A stretch of 64,000 nt of DNA. Source: an uncultured Clostridia bacterium (lineage in GTDB: Bacteria > Bacillota > Clostridia > TANB77 > CAG-465). The notes under the pieces were generated by a model. It was not told the origin of the DNA and did no database searches. It saw only the letters and a program-made list of their open reading frames with translations. Below are positions 12,967 to 22,998 of this stretch, piece after piece (within the stretch, counting starts at the first letter, position 1; each line of letters opens with the position of its first letter). The translations under genes were made by a program, and so were the position numbers. The stretch lies in NCBI GenBank assembly GCA_947626975.1, contig CANQUF010000004.1:9907-73906 (forward strand), written 5' to 3'.

Positions 12967-15648
12967 ATGGAACAAGAATTTTATAAAATAAGTATAAAAA
13001 ATACTTTAGATAGTTTAAATTCGTCTAAAAATGGTATAAGTGAAAAAGAAGCAAAAGATAGACTTACTAAAATTGGATATAATAAATTAAAAGAAGTTAA
13101 GAAAAAGGGCTTTATTTCTAAATTTATAGACCAATTTAAAAATATAATGTTAATTATACTTATAATATCTGCAATTTTATCAGCTTTTATTTCATATAAA
13201 ACTGGTGAAAGCTTTACAGATACAATAATAATTTTATTTGTGGTATTTTTAAATGCTATACTTGGAGTAATTCAAGAAAGTAAAGCAGAAAAAGCTATTG
13301 AAGCTTTAAAAAGTATGTCGCTTCCATATATAAAAGTAAGAAGAAATAATAAAATATTAAGCATAAAGACGGAAGAATTAGTACCTGGAGATATTGTATT
13401 ATTAGAAGCAGGTGATCATATACCTGCAGATATGAGAATTATAGTAAATCATAGTTTAAGAGTTGAAGAATCAGCACTTACTGGTGAATCTGTACCAGTT
13501 GATAAACAGGAAAAAGAAATAAATAATAAAAATAAAATTCCACTAGCAGATAGAACTAATATGCTATATTCTGGAAGTAGTGTTGTTTATGGCAGAGGTG
13601 AGGCTGTAGTAACTGCAACAGGAATGAAAACAGAACTTGGAAAAATAGCTAGAGATATAACAAGTCAAAAATCAGAATTAACACCTCTTCAAAAGAAAAT
13701 GAATCAATTAAGTAAAATTTTAAGTATTTCTGTTGTTATAATTGCCGTAATAATGTTTGTAATTGGATACATTCAAGGCAATGAAATTATTGATGTATTT
13801 ATGCTTGCTGTATCACTTGCAGTTGCTGCTATTCCAGAAGGACTTTCTGCAGTTATAACTATTACACTTGCTATTGGTATTCAAAAAATGGCAAAAGAAA
13901 AGGCAATAGTAAGAAAATTATCGTCTGTTGAAGCTTTAGGTGCTACAGAAGTAATATGTTCTGATAAGACAGGAACACTTACTCAAAATAAAATGACTTT
14001 AAGAAAGATTTATATAGATGGAAAAATTATTGATTTAGAAGATATAAATAGTATGAAAGATCTAAAGAAAAAAGCAGATGTAAATGAAGAGACTTTATAT
14101 AAACTTGCTAATATATGTATGCTTTGTAATGATATTAAATTTGGTGAAAGTGCTGGAAAAAAAGTTATGCTAGGAGATCCAACAGAAGCCGCCCTTATTG
14201 ATTTTGGAAATATAATTGGATTAGAGAAGGAAAAAATTGATGAGGAACATAAAAGAATTGATGAATTACCATTTGATTCAAAAAGAAAAATGATGACTAC
14301 TGTAAATGAATTTAAAAATGAATATATGGTGTGTACAAAAGGTGCTATAGAATCTATACTTAAAAATTGTAATAAAATATTAATAAATGGAAAAGTTGAA
14401 GTTTTAACTAGTTCATTAAAAACTAAAATATTAAGTAGTAATTTAGAGATGGCAAACTCAGCTTTACGTGTTCTTGCATGTGCATATAAAATGAATAAAA
14501 AAGATACAATTATAGATAAATCAGAAAAAGATTTAATATTTGTAGGATTAGTTGGTATGATAGATCCTCCAAGAAAAGAAGCAAAGCATGCTGTTGAAAG
14601 ATGTTTCAATGCTGGTATGATTCCAGTAATGATTACAGGAGATAATAAAGAAACAGCAATGGCAATAGCTAGAGAACTTGGAATATTAAAAGATGGATTT
14701 GAAGCTATAACAGGTATGGAACTTGATGAAATGACAGATAAAGAACTATATAATAGAGTTGAGAAAATTCGTGTATATGCTAGAGTATCGCCAGAAAATA
14801 AAATACGTATAGTAAAAGCATGGAAAAAACATGGAAAAACGGTTGCAATGACTGGTGATGGAGTAAATGACGCTCCAGCACTTAAAGGTGCAGATATTGG
14901 TATTGGAATGGGAATAACTGGAACTGAAGTTTCAAAGAGTGTTTCTAGTATGGTATTAGCAGATGATAATTTTGCTACAATTGTTGTTGCTATAAAAGAG
15001 GGTAGAAGAATATATAATAATATACAAAATGTTATTGTTTATTTACTTGCTTCTAATTTAGCGGAAGTTTTAATTATTTTCTTGGCTACATTACTTAATA
15101 GAACAATACTTTTGCCTATACATTTATTATGGATAAATTTAGTTACTGATACAATTCCTGCTATCGCTCTTGGATTTGAAAAAGAAGAAAAGAATATAAT
15201 GAGGCAAAAGCCACGTAGTGCAAATAAAAACTTCTTTACTCCATTTTTAACTTTAAGAATTTTAATACCAGGTGTTATAAAAACTATAGTAATGTTTTTA
15301 GTATATTTCTTTGTAGAAAAAGGTTATGGAAATGAGATGGCAAGTGCAGCAGTATTTATATCGTTATCAGTAATAGAAATATTATTTGCATATATATGTA
15401 GGTCTGACAAAAAATCTATATTTAGAATAGGACTATTTAGTAATAAACCTATGGCATTATGCGTTATAGGAACATTATTAATACAATTTTTAGTTATATC
15501 TAATAACGTAACAGCTTCATGGCTAAAAATACCTGAAATTCCAAGTAATATATACTTTTTCATAATTCTTACCGCAGTAGATTGTATAGTTATTTTTGAA
15601 ATAATAAAATTATTACTAGCAAAAATTTTTGTTAAAGATAATAAATAA
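12967..15648 (+). CDS. P-type ATPase, Ca2+-transporting (PMCA/SERCA-like, YloB-type)
   Basis: Motifs CSDKTGTLTQN, TGDNKETA and MTGDGVNDAPALK; 893 aa with about 10 TM segments. Confidence 0.9.
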   Translation: MEQEFYKISIKNTLDSLNSSKNGISEKEAKDRLTKIGYNKLKEVKKKGFISKFIDQFKNIMLIILIISAILSAFISYKTGESFTDTIIILFVVFLNAILGVIQESKAEKAIEALKSMSLPYIKVRRNNKILSIKTEELVPGDIVLLEAGDHIPADMRIIVNHSLRVEESALTGESVPVDKQEKEINNKNKIPLADRTNMLYSGSSVVYGRGEAVVTATGMKTELGKIARDITSQKSELTPLQKKMNQLSKILSISVVIIAVIMFVIGYIQGNEIIDVFMLAVSLAVAAIPEGLSAVITITLAIGIQKMAKEKAIVRKLSSVEALGATEVICSDKTGTLTQNKMTLRKIYIDGKIIDLEDINSMKDLKKKADVNEETLYKLANICMLCNDIKFGESAGKKVMLGDPTEAALIDFGNIIGLEKEKIDEEHKRIDELPFDSKRKMMTTVNEFKNEYMVCTKGAIESILKNCNKILINGKVEVLTSSLKTKILSSNLEMANSALRVLACAYKMNKKDTIIDKSEKDLIFVGLVGMIDPPRKEAKHAVERCFNAGMIPVMITGDNKETAMAIARELGILKDGFEAITGMELDEMTDKELYNRVEKIRVYARVSPENKIRIVKAWKKHGKTVAMTGDGVNDAPALKGADIGIGMGITGTEVSKSVSSMVLADDNFATIVVAIKEGRRIYNNIQNVIVYLLASNLAEVLIIFLATLLNRTILLPIHLLWINLVTDTIPAIALGFEKEEKNIMRQKPRSANKNFFTPFLTLRILIPGVIKTIVMFLVYFFVEKGYGNEMASAAVFISLSVIEILFAYICRSDKKSIFRIGLFSNKPMALCVIGTLLIQFLVISNNVTASWLKIPEIPSNIYFFIILTAVDCIVIFEIIKLLLAKIFVKDNK

Positions 15649-15716
15649 AATCATTAAAAATATCATAAAATATACTATCAAACATAGATTATACTATATA
15701 GAAAGAAGGTATAGTC

Positions 15717-16145
15717 ATGTTTGAAAATTTTAGAAAAATGTTACAAAACTTCCTTGGAATAAATAATGGTAATAGAAATAATAGAAGTTCGTATAGAAAT
15801 AGAACAAGTATGAATTATAAACTTGTAACTTTTGAACAAGCAAGAGAAATGATTGAAAAAAAGGAAGTTATCTTAATTGATGTAAGGACTCAAAATGAAT
15901 ATGATTTAATGCATGTCAAAAACTCAATAAATATTCCAGTAAATGAAATTGAACAAAAAATATTTCAACTAGAACAAGATAAAAATTTAATGGTGTATTG
16001 TTCTAGTGGCGCAAGGAGTAAAACTTCTATACAAATATTGAATAATTTGGGATATAATAATATATATATATGGGAATATGCTTCACTTGCAAATTTTCCA
16101 TATAAAGATATGTTAATATATGGTGAAAATGGAAGAATAATATAA
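15717..16145 (+). CDS. rhodanese-like domain protein
   Basis: Active-site loop CSSGARS in a fold of about 100 aa, preceded by an Asn/Arg-rich N-terminus. Confidence 0.75.
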   Translation: MFENFRKMLQNFLGINNGNRNNRSSYRNRTSMNYKLVTFEQAREMIEKKEVILIDVRTQNEYDLMHVKNSINIPVNEIEQKIFQLEQDKNLMVYCSSGARSKTSIQILNNLGYNNIYIWEYASLANFPYKDMLIYGENGRII

Positions 16146-16157
16146 AGGAGAATTGAT

Positions 16158-16472
16158 ATGATAAAAAATATAACTGATAAATCATTTAAGGATGAGGTAT
16201 TAAAAGACGGAATATTTTTAGTAGATTTTTATGCAAATTGGTGTGGACCATGTATGATGCTTTCTCCAATTTTAGAGGAGATATCAAATAGTAGATCAAA
16301 TTATAACATTTTGAAAGTGGATGTAGATAATAATATGGATATAGTAAATAAATTAAAAATAGATACTATTCCTACATTATGTTTGTATAAAAATGGCAAA
16401 TTAATGGAAAGACAAATTGGAATGAAAAGTAAAGATGAATTAATCGAAATGTTAGAAAAATATGATGATTAA
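16158..16472 (+). CDS. trxA: thioredoxin
   Basis: WCGPC active site; 104 aa. Confidence 0.9.
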   Translation: MIKNITDKSFKDEVLKDGIFLVDFYANWCGPCMMLSPILEEISNSRSNYNILKVDVDNNMDIVNKLKIDTIPTLCLYKNGKLMERQIGMKSKDELIEMLEKYDD

Positions 16473-16483
16473 AAAATAAAATA

Positions 16484-16520
16484 AAAGTAGGAAATTTTGT
16501 TAATTTTCCTACTTTTTTTA
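16484..16520 (+). terminator. intrinsic terminator after trxA
   Basis: Stem agtaggaaatt/aattttcctact followed by T7. Confidence 0.6.
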
Positions 16521-16679
16521 TTGTAAACTTAAACGTCATAAATTACTTAAAAAACAATTAATAAGTTTAAAAAAAGCAACTAATGTAACAAAAACGTAAT
16601 ATAAATATAATATTCTTGTTATTGCTTTTTGTTTTTATGTTTTATATAATTATTTTAGCGTACAGAAGAGGTGTAATAT

Positions 16680-17609
16680 ATGAAAGAGTTTTGGAAAAAT
16701 GAATGGAAGTTGTTTTTAGAAGATATTAATTCAATAAAAAAACTATTTTTAAAAATATTTAATAGAAAACCTGATTATTTAATGTTAGATTCATCAGATG
16801 TAAATGATGCTAATCAAAACACTCAAAATGAGCAACAAGTACAAAATATAGAGCAGGTAAATGATGTTAAGCAATATGAACCTGATGCAATAGATCATAA
16901 ATTAACAGCATATTTTGGAGAAGATATTGCTGAATTAAGACAAAATATAAGTGGTGAAAAAACTCAACATGAAGTTTTAAGAGAATATGCACAATTTTTT
17001 AAACCTTATGGTGAAAGTTCAGAGATGTGTAATAGTGCATTTAGAAAATATTATGATAGGCATGCTTTAAAAATTGCTACTGAAGAGTTACCTGTGGAGC
17101 AGGCTAGAATAATTCAAAATAATGTTGATATATTTATAAAAGGTCAAGAAGTATTTGGAGAAAATGGACAATTTATTGATTCTAGAGTTGATACTATATT
17201 TGAAAAAGCAGGAATAGATCAAGTAGAAAAAGTTGTAAATATTTTACATGATAATACTGAGCAAGGTGGAGTTAATACACAAGGTGAAAGATTATTTGCA
17301 GAAGTTGTAACATATATGGTAGATAATGGAATAAAATTAGAAAAAGATAAAAGTATGTTAGAACCAGTAAAATATGTATTAGAAGAAAAATTAAATGACG
17401 TACACTCTAATTTAAGAAATCATGAAGATTGGAATGATGAATACCAAACACTACTTTCTCAAGAAAGAAAATATTTATATGCATTAAATAGAATAGAGCA
17501 ATATGAAACTGAACAAAGAATATCTGAATTTGAACAAAAGTTAACAGAAAATTGTGATATAGATATAGATAATACAAATGTAAATAGTGTTGAAATAAAT
17601 AATAATTAG
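16680..17609 (+). CDS. hypothetical acidic, Gln-rich protein
   Basis: 309-aa ORF with RBS agaggtg; no recognisable motif. Confidence 0.5.
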   Translation: MKEFWKNEWKLFLEDINSIKKLFLKIFNRKPDYLMLDSSDVNDANQNTQNEQQVQNIEQVNDVKQYEPDAIDHKLTAYFGEDIAELRQNISGEKTQHEVLREYAQFFKPYGESSEMCNSAFRKYYDRHALKIATEELPVEQARIIQNNVDIFIKGQEVFGENGQFIDSRVDTIFEKAGIDQVEKVVNILHDNTEQGGVNTQGERLFAEVVTYMVDNGIKLEKDKSMLEPVKYVLEEKLNDVHSNLRNHEDWNDEYQTLLSQERKYLYALNRIEQYETEQRISEFEQKLTENCDIDIDNTNVNSVEINNN

Positions 17610-17617
17610 TTTTTAAA

Positions 17618-17658
17618 AATAGGTATAATATAATATATACCTATTTTTCTTTTTTTTA
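17618..17658 (+). terminator. intrinsic terminator
   Basis: Perfect 11-bp stem aaataggtata/tatacctattt followed by a T-run. Confidence 0.7.
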
Positions 17659-17900
17659 TTATTTAATTTTACAAAAAATAAAAGAATAAAAATTATTGAT
17701 AATGCTGAGATTGCCGTTTCGTTCAGTAAATATTTCTATTTATTCAATAAATAAAATACATTGTAAGAATATAGATATTTGCCATTTTGAAAAAAAAACG
17801 AAACTTAAGTCAAAATATAAATTTTAATGAAGTGTACTTAATTAATTCTTACTGGGTTAGGACTTATGTCAGTGAAAAAGTCTTAAAATTATAATGAATA

Positions 17901-18712
17901 TTATCTTAACTGTTTCATATCTGTGTTATTCAAAATTTGCATTTGTGATATTGCAATTTTATTTAACTTTTCAAGTCTTTCAGATTGTTTTAATCCTTCA
18001 TTTATAAAAACAGAATTTAAGTTTTCCAAATTTGCTAAACATATTAATTCGTTAATTGTTGCATAATCTCTTATATTACCTTTTAGATTAGAATTTTTTG
18101 TGTGCCACTCTTTTGTAGTCATTCCAAATAAAGCCATATTTAAAACATCAGCTTCCTCTGCATAAACAAAATTAATTTGATTTTTAGTTAGTTGTTTAGG
18201 AACTAAATTGTTCTTAATTGCATCAGTATGTATTTTATAATTGATTTTTGACAATTCTCTTTTTGCATTCCAACCTATTTGTTTTTGTTCTTATGATTTT
18301 AATCTTTCAAATTCCTTTATTAATAACAATTTAAATTTTGGACTAATCCACATTCCAAATTCAAAAGCTATATCTTTGTGAGCATAAGTTCCACCATATC
18401 TTCCAGCTTTTGATATTATTCCAATTGCATTTGTTTTTTTTCTGTCCATTCTTTGACGCTAATTTTATAATTATTTAAACCTGCTTTACTTTTAATTATG
18501 GAAAATTCGCCATAATTAAAATTTGGATTATGAATTTCTTCCCAAATTCCTAAAAACTCAACAGTATTTCTATTTCTTAGCCAATCTGAAACAAAAAAAT
18601 CACCATCTTTTGACTTTAGCATATCAGTAATAGATATATAATCTTCATTATCAATTTTTATATAAGATATTTTTTGATTTAAAACATTTAGTTCTGCCAT
18701 ATATACCTCCAT
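17901..18712 (-). pseudogene. KilA-N domain phage-type DNA-binding protein, disrupted
   Basis: Two ORFs plus the gap between them translate as one KilA-N-like protein. A frame change at T8 (18434-18441) and an in-frame TAA (18291-18293) break it. Confidence 0.7.
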
Positions 18713-18796
18713 AATAAATTTTATACATTATAATAGCAAACATTTGTTTAAAAGTCAATACGTATTACTAATTATTTTAAAATTCAATAATATATT

Positions 18797-19012
18797 GGTT
18801 ACTATTCAGACTAGAAAAATTAAATTTATGTTACAAAATTAAGCAAACAAAAGAAAAAATATGAAAATTAGATAAAGTTATCCACATTTTCATATTTAGA
18901 TTAAAAAATTGCTATTTTAACTTTTATTATATTAATATTTTCTTTATATAATTATCCACAAATACATAATTCTGTTACTAAATTTTATTTTTCTAGTCTG
19001 AATAGTACCTTA
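18797..19012. repeat. inverted-repeat-bounded ~215-bp element (MITE-like or large cruciform)
   Basis: The perfect 21-bp cores tactattcagactagaaaaat (18801-18821) and atttttctagtctgaatagta (18987-19007) are reverse complements of each other. Imperfect pairing extends each arm to about 45 bp. Confidence 0.6.
18878..18960 (+). promoter_or_regulatory. two perfect consensus DnaA boxes (TTATCCACA), same orientation
   Basis: Exact 9-mers at 18878-18886 and 18952-18960, 74 bp apart, both inside the inverted-repeat element. Confidence 0.5.
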
Positions 19013-19136
19013 AAAATAAATTTTAGTAAGGATTATGTCGATTAATGCTTGAAAACTTTTTTTTTATATGATATAATGCTTCAAACTATAATATAAAATG
19101 TATTAAAATATTATATGTATAAAAGGAGAGATAAAA

Positions 19137-19874
19137 ATGAAATGTATTTTATTATGTGCTGGATATGCAACAAGATTATTTCCATTAACACAAAATTTTC
19201 CAAAAGCTTTATTAAAAGTTGGGCAAAGAGCTATCATAGATTATATTCTTGAAAAGGTTAATAAAATAGATGAAGTAGATAAAATTTATTTAGTTACAAA
19301 CGCTAAATATTCAGAGCATTTTACTAATTGGGCAAACGAAAAAAATAATGTAAAACCAATTACAGTATTTAATGATGGTACAACATCAAATGATGACAGA
19401 TTAGGTGCTATTGGTGATATTCAATTTGTAATTGATAATTCTAAACTTGAAGATGATATATTAGTAATAGCAACTGATAATTTATTTGATTTTGAATTAA
19501 AGGATTTTTATGATTTTTATAAAACTAAAAATTCTCCATGTGTTTGTGTAAGAAAAGAAGATTACGAAAAACTAAAAAGTTTAGGTGTAGCTAATTTAGA
19601 TGAAAATAATAAAGTTATTCAATTTGAAGAAAAACCAGCTGATCCAAAAGGTGAATTTGCCGTTTATGCAGAGTATATATATCCAAGAGATGTAGTACCG
19701 GAAATAAAAAAATATTTAGATGAAGGTAATTCTTGTGATGCACCAGGAAATTTAATTACATATTTATATAATAAATTTCCAACATATGCATATGAATTTA
19801 CAGGTGATTGTCATGATGTTGGTACACATGAAGCACTTGCATATGTTAATGAAGTTTATAAAGATAAGAAATAA
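19137..19874 (+). CDS. sugar-phosphate nucleotidyltransferase family protein
   Basis: N-terminal LLCAGYATRLFPLT (GxGTRL-type) motif; 245 aa. Confidence 0.75.
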   Translation: MKCILLCAGYATRLFPLTQNFPKALLKVGQRAIIDYILEKVNKIDEVDKIYLVTNAKYSEHFTNWANEKNNVKPITVFNDGTTSNDDRLGAIGDIQFVIDNSKLEDDILVIATDNLFDFELKDFYDFYKTKNSPCVCVRKEDYEKLKSLGVANLDENNKVIQFEEKPADPKGEFAVYAEYIYPRDVVPEIKKYLDEGNSCDAPGNLITYLYNKFPTYAYEFTGDCHDVGTHEALAYVNEVYKDKK

Positions 19875-19906
19875 TAATATTTAATAATTTTTAGTAGGTA
19901 AAAAAT

Positions 19907-21160
19907 ATGATAAATATAAGTAAAATTTCACGTAGTATAGTAGTAATAATTTTTGTAGCTCTTATTATATTTTTGGGATATTTAAATGTAATAGCTTTTT
20001 TTGAAAATATGAATGTAAAATCTACTTTTTCTTTAAATATTTTTAAGTTAATATATGTAATTATAACAATTTTCTCTGTTACAATATATGGCTATTTAAA
20101 AGATAAATTAAATAGGATGAAGGTAAATAAAAAATTTGCTTTAGTATATAGATATATCTATATAACTATAATTGTTGTGTTACTAAGTTTATTGTCTATT
20201 AGAGAATTATTTAATGAATTTACAAATTTAGAATTGATATTATATATTTTGAGTCAATTAATAAATGGGTATATTTTAAAAAGAATAATTTTTAATGTAT
20301 CTAAAAGTGATATTTTATCAGTATTAGGTATGGTACTATATGCAATAATGCCTAATTTTATATTACAAGTAGATTTATTATTTAGTAATTCTATAATAAA
20401 TTTTTTGATTTTATCTACAATTCTTGTAATTCAGTTAATTATAGATGAATTAAAACAAATAGGTATTAAAACTAAGAAATATATTATTAAATCAATTATT
20501 TTAGGAATTTTAATGGGATTAAGTATTTTATGTGGAGTAAATTGTTTAGTATGGATTTTGATTGGAATAATATCATTGTTTATTACAGTTAATTTAGATA
20601 ATACTCATATTAATTTTCCAAAATATATTTTAAGTAAGTTTAATCAAAAAAATAAGGAAATATTGTATAGAGTAGAAAGAATTAATATAAGTAAATTAAT
20701 TATATCAATTATAATAGTAGCAGTTTTTTCTATATGTATTTATCTATTAGGTAACATATTATTAAATAATATAAATATTAATAATATAAATTCTGAAATA
20801 TTAAATACAATTTTAGGAAATACTAGTAATATACAAAATATTAATTTTAACGATGTTTCATACAATTTAAAAACTATTAGTCAAAATATGATTTCTTTGT
20901 CTAAAACATATTATATGATAATATTTGCATATATAATATTTATCGAAATATTATCAATATGTTTACATAGAAGATATGATACTAAATCTACAATTATAAA
21001 GTTAATATTTATATTAATGTTATTTAGTATAGCATTATTTAATTTAAATATATATTATTTTCAAGATATACTTACTACTTTACTTATTCTTATTTGTATA
21101 GTTAACACTTCAAATATATATTTAAATAGAGAAGAAAGAATAAAAATGTTGGTAGCTTAA
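19907..21160 (+). CDS. polytopic membrane protein of unknown function
   Basis: 417 aa with about 10 hydrophobic segments. It follows the nucleotidyltransferase gene closely. Confidence 0.5.
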   Translation: MINISKISRSIVVIIFVALIIFLGYLNVIAFFENMNVKSTFSLNIFKLIYVIITIFSVTIYGYLKDKLNRMKVNKKFALVYRYIYITIIVVLLSLLSIRELFNEFTNLELILYILSQLINGYILKRIIFNVSKSDILSVLGMVLYAIMPNFILQVDLLFSNSIINFLILSTILVIQLIIDELKQIGIKTKKYIIKSIILGILMGLSILCGVNCLVWILIGIISLFITVNLDNTHINFPKYILSKFNQKNKEILYRVERINISKLIISIIIVAVFSICIYLLGNILLNNININNINSEILNTILGNTSNIQNINFNDVSYNLKTISQNMISLSKTYYMIIFAYIIFIEILSICLHRRYDTKSTIIKLIFILMLFSIALFNLNIYYFQDILTTLLILICIVNTSNIYLNREERIKMLVA

Positions 21161-21183
21161 ATGATAAAGGAAGGTGAATATAA

Positions 21184-22986
21184 GTGCCATATTATTCAGA
21201 TGATTTAATCGATGAAGTTATTGTACAGAATGATATTATTGATGTAATATCTGAATATATAGCATTAAAAAAAAGAGGCAGAAACTTTATTGGGTTATGC
21301 CCTTTTCATAGAGAAAAAACGCCTTCTTTTTGTGCTTCTATGGACAAGCAGATTTTTAAATGTTTTGGATGTTCAGAAGGCGGAAATGTAATTTCGTTTA
21401 TAATGAAAATTGAAAATTTAGACTTTTGGGATAGTGTAGAATTTTTAGCAAATAGAGCAAATATAGATATGTCAAATTATATAACTAAATCATCTAACCA
21501 TATTATTCAAGAAACTAATTTTAAAGATGTGCTATTTAATATTAATAAAGATGTAGGTATTTTTTATAATAATAACTTAATAAAAAAATTAAATGAAAAA
21601 TCTAATATTGTAAAAGAGTATGTAAAAAAAAGGAAGTTTGATATATCTACAATTAAAAAGTTTGGAATAGGCTTTGCAGACGGGGATAAACCATTATATG
21701 ACCATTTACTAAGTCTTGGCTATAAAAAAGAAGATATAATGAGAACAGGTATTATATGTATAAGTAAAAATGGAAAACCATATGATAGATTTTTTTCTAG
21801 GTTAATGTTTCCTATCTTTGATATAAAAAATAGGACTATAGCTTTTGGAGGAAGAGTTTTAGATAACTCTTTGCCAAAATATGTTAATTCACCAGAAAAT
21901 GAAATATATCATAAAGGTAAAACATTATATTTAATGAATTATGCTAAAAAAGAAGACCATGACAATATTATAATAGTAGAAGGTTATATGGATGCAATTG
22001 CTTTACAAAAAAGTGGATTTCATAATGTTATAGCATCTCTTGGAACAGCACTAACCACAGATCAAGCAAAATTACTAAAGAAATATACAGATAACGTTAT
22101 CATATGCTATGATCAAGATACTGCTGGAAAAGAGGCAACTATGAGAGGACTTGATATTCTTTCATCTAAAGACTTAAATGTAAAGGTATTAAAATTAGAT
22201 AAAAGTGACGTAAAAGATCCTGATGAATATATTAATAAATATGGTGCACAGAGATTTAAGAAATGTATAGAAAATAGTATTTCTTTAGTTGAATATAAAA
22301 TAGAAAGACTTGAAGAAAATTTAGATATTAATAATGTTGATTCTAAAATAAATTTTTTAACTCAAGTTGCAAATATATTAACAACTATAAATAATGAAAT
22401 TGAAAGAGAAATATATATAGATAAAATATCAAAAAAATATAATATAGGACCTGGTCCTATATACAAAGAGATTGAAAAAAAATTAAATACACAATATAAT
22501 AAAGATAATGATATTGTAATTGATATGCAGTCTTTGTCAAAAAAAATGCAAATGAATACATCTTTAAAAAAAAGAGAAGAACAATATATTATTTTGCTAA
22601 TACTTTCAAAAGATAAAAAAATTCAAGAAAAAATTTTTCATGATATTGCACCTAATGATATTAATAATAGTAATATAAAAAAAATATATGAATATATTAT
22701 TGAACTAAAAAAAGAGTATGATATAAATAAAATTGATATATTATCCAAAATTAAAGAAGATGAGCTTGTAAAGGAATTTACTGAAATATTATATATAAAT
22801 ACACAAAATTTAGATTATTATAAATTACTTAATGATGTATTAAGAGCAAAATTAAAGGAAAGACTATATAATAGAAGAATTGAAATTCTAAAAAGAATAA
22901 AAATAAGTGAAAATAAAGATGAACTTGAAATATTAAAAATTGAGCTAAATCAAATAGTTATACAACTTTCTAAGTTTAAAAGATAA
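21184..22986 (+). CDS. dnaG: DNA primase
   Basis: Zn-ribbon CPFHREKTPSF...CFGCSEGGN and TOPRIM motifs VEGYMD and DQDTAGKEAT. GTG start with RBS aaggaaggtga. Confidence 0.9.
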   Translation: MPYYSDDLIDEVIVQNDIIDVISEYIALKKRGRNFIGLCPFHREKTPSFCASMDKQIFKCFGCSEGGNVISFIMKIENLDFWDSVEFLANRANIDMSNYITKSSNHIIQETNFKDVLFNINKDVGIFYNNNLIKKLNEKSNIVKEYVKKRKFDISTIKKFGIGFADGDKPLYDHLLSLGYKKEDIMRTGIICISKNGKPYDRFFSRLMFPIFDIKNRTIAFGGRVLDNSLPKYVNSPENEIYHKGKTLYLMNYAKKEDHDNIIIVEGYMDAIALQKSGFHNVIASLGTALTTDQAKLLKKYTDNVIICYDQDTAGKEATMRGLDILSSKDLNVKVLKLDKSDVKDPDEYINKYGAQRFKKCIENSISLVEYKIERLEENLDINNVDSKINFLTQVANILTTINNEIEREIYIDKISKKYNIGPGPIYKEIEKKLNTQYNKDNDIVIDMQSLSKKMQMNTSLKKREEQYIILLILSKDKKIQEKIFHDIAPNDINNSNIKKIYEYIIELKKEYDINKIDILSKIKEDELVKEFTEILYINTQNLDYYKLLNDVLRAKLKERLYNRRIEILKRIKISENKDELEILKIELNQIVIQLSKFKR

Positions 22987-22998
22987 GGAGTCTATCAT

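Noticed and set aside
14010-14609. Long antisense ORFs inside confirmed genes (also 5868..6320, 8471..8941, 27235..27591, 29635..30168, 40601..40933, 43740..44096, 63026..63518 and others)
   Set aside because: They are shadow ORFs opposite strongly supported genes. They have no RBS, and their translations are low-complexity Leu/Ile/Phe/Ser-rich.
18878-18960. The two DnaA boxes as the chromosomal origin of replication
   Set aside because: There are only two boxes and no adjacent dnaA, dnaN or rpmH. All flanking core genes keep the same orientation on both sides, so there is no strand switch. I kept the site as a finding about a non-origin DnaA site.
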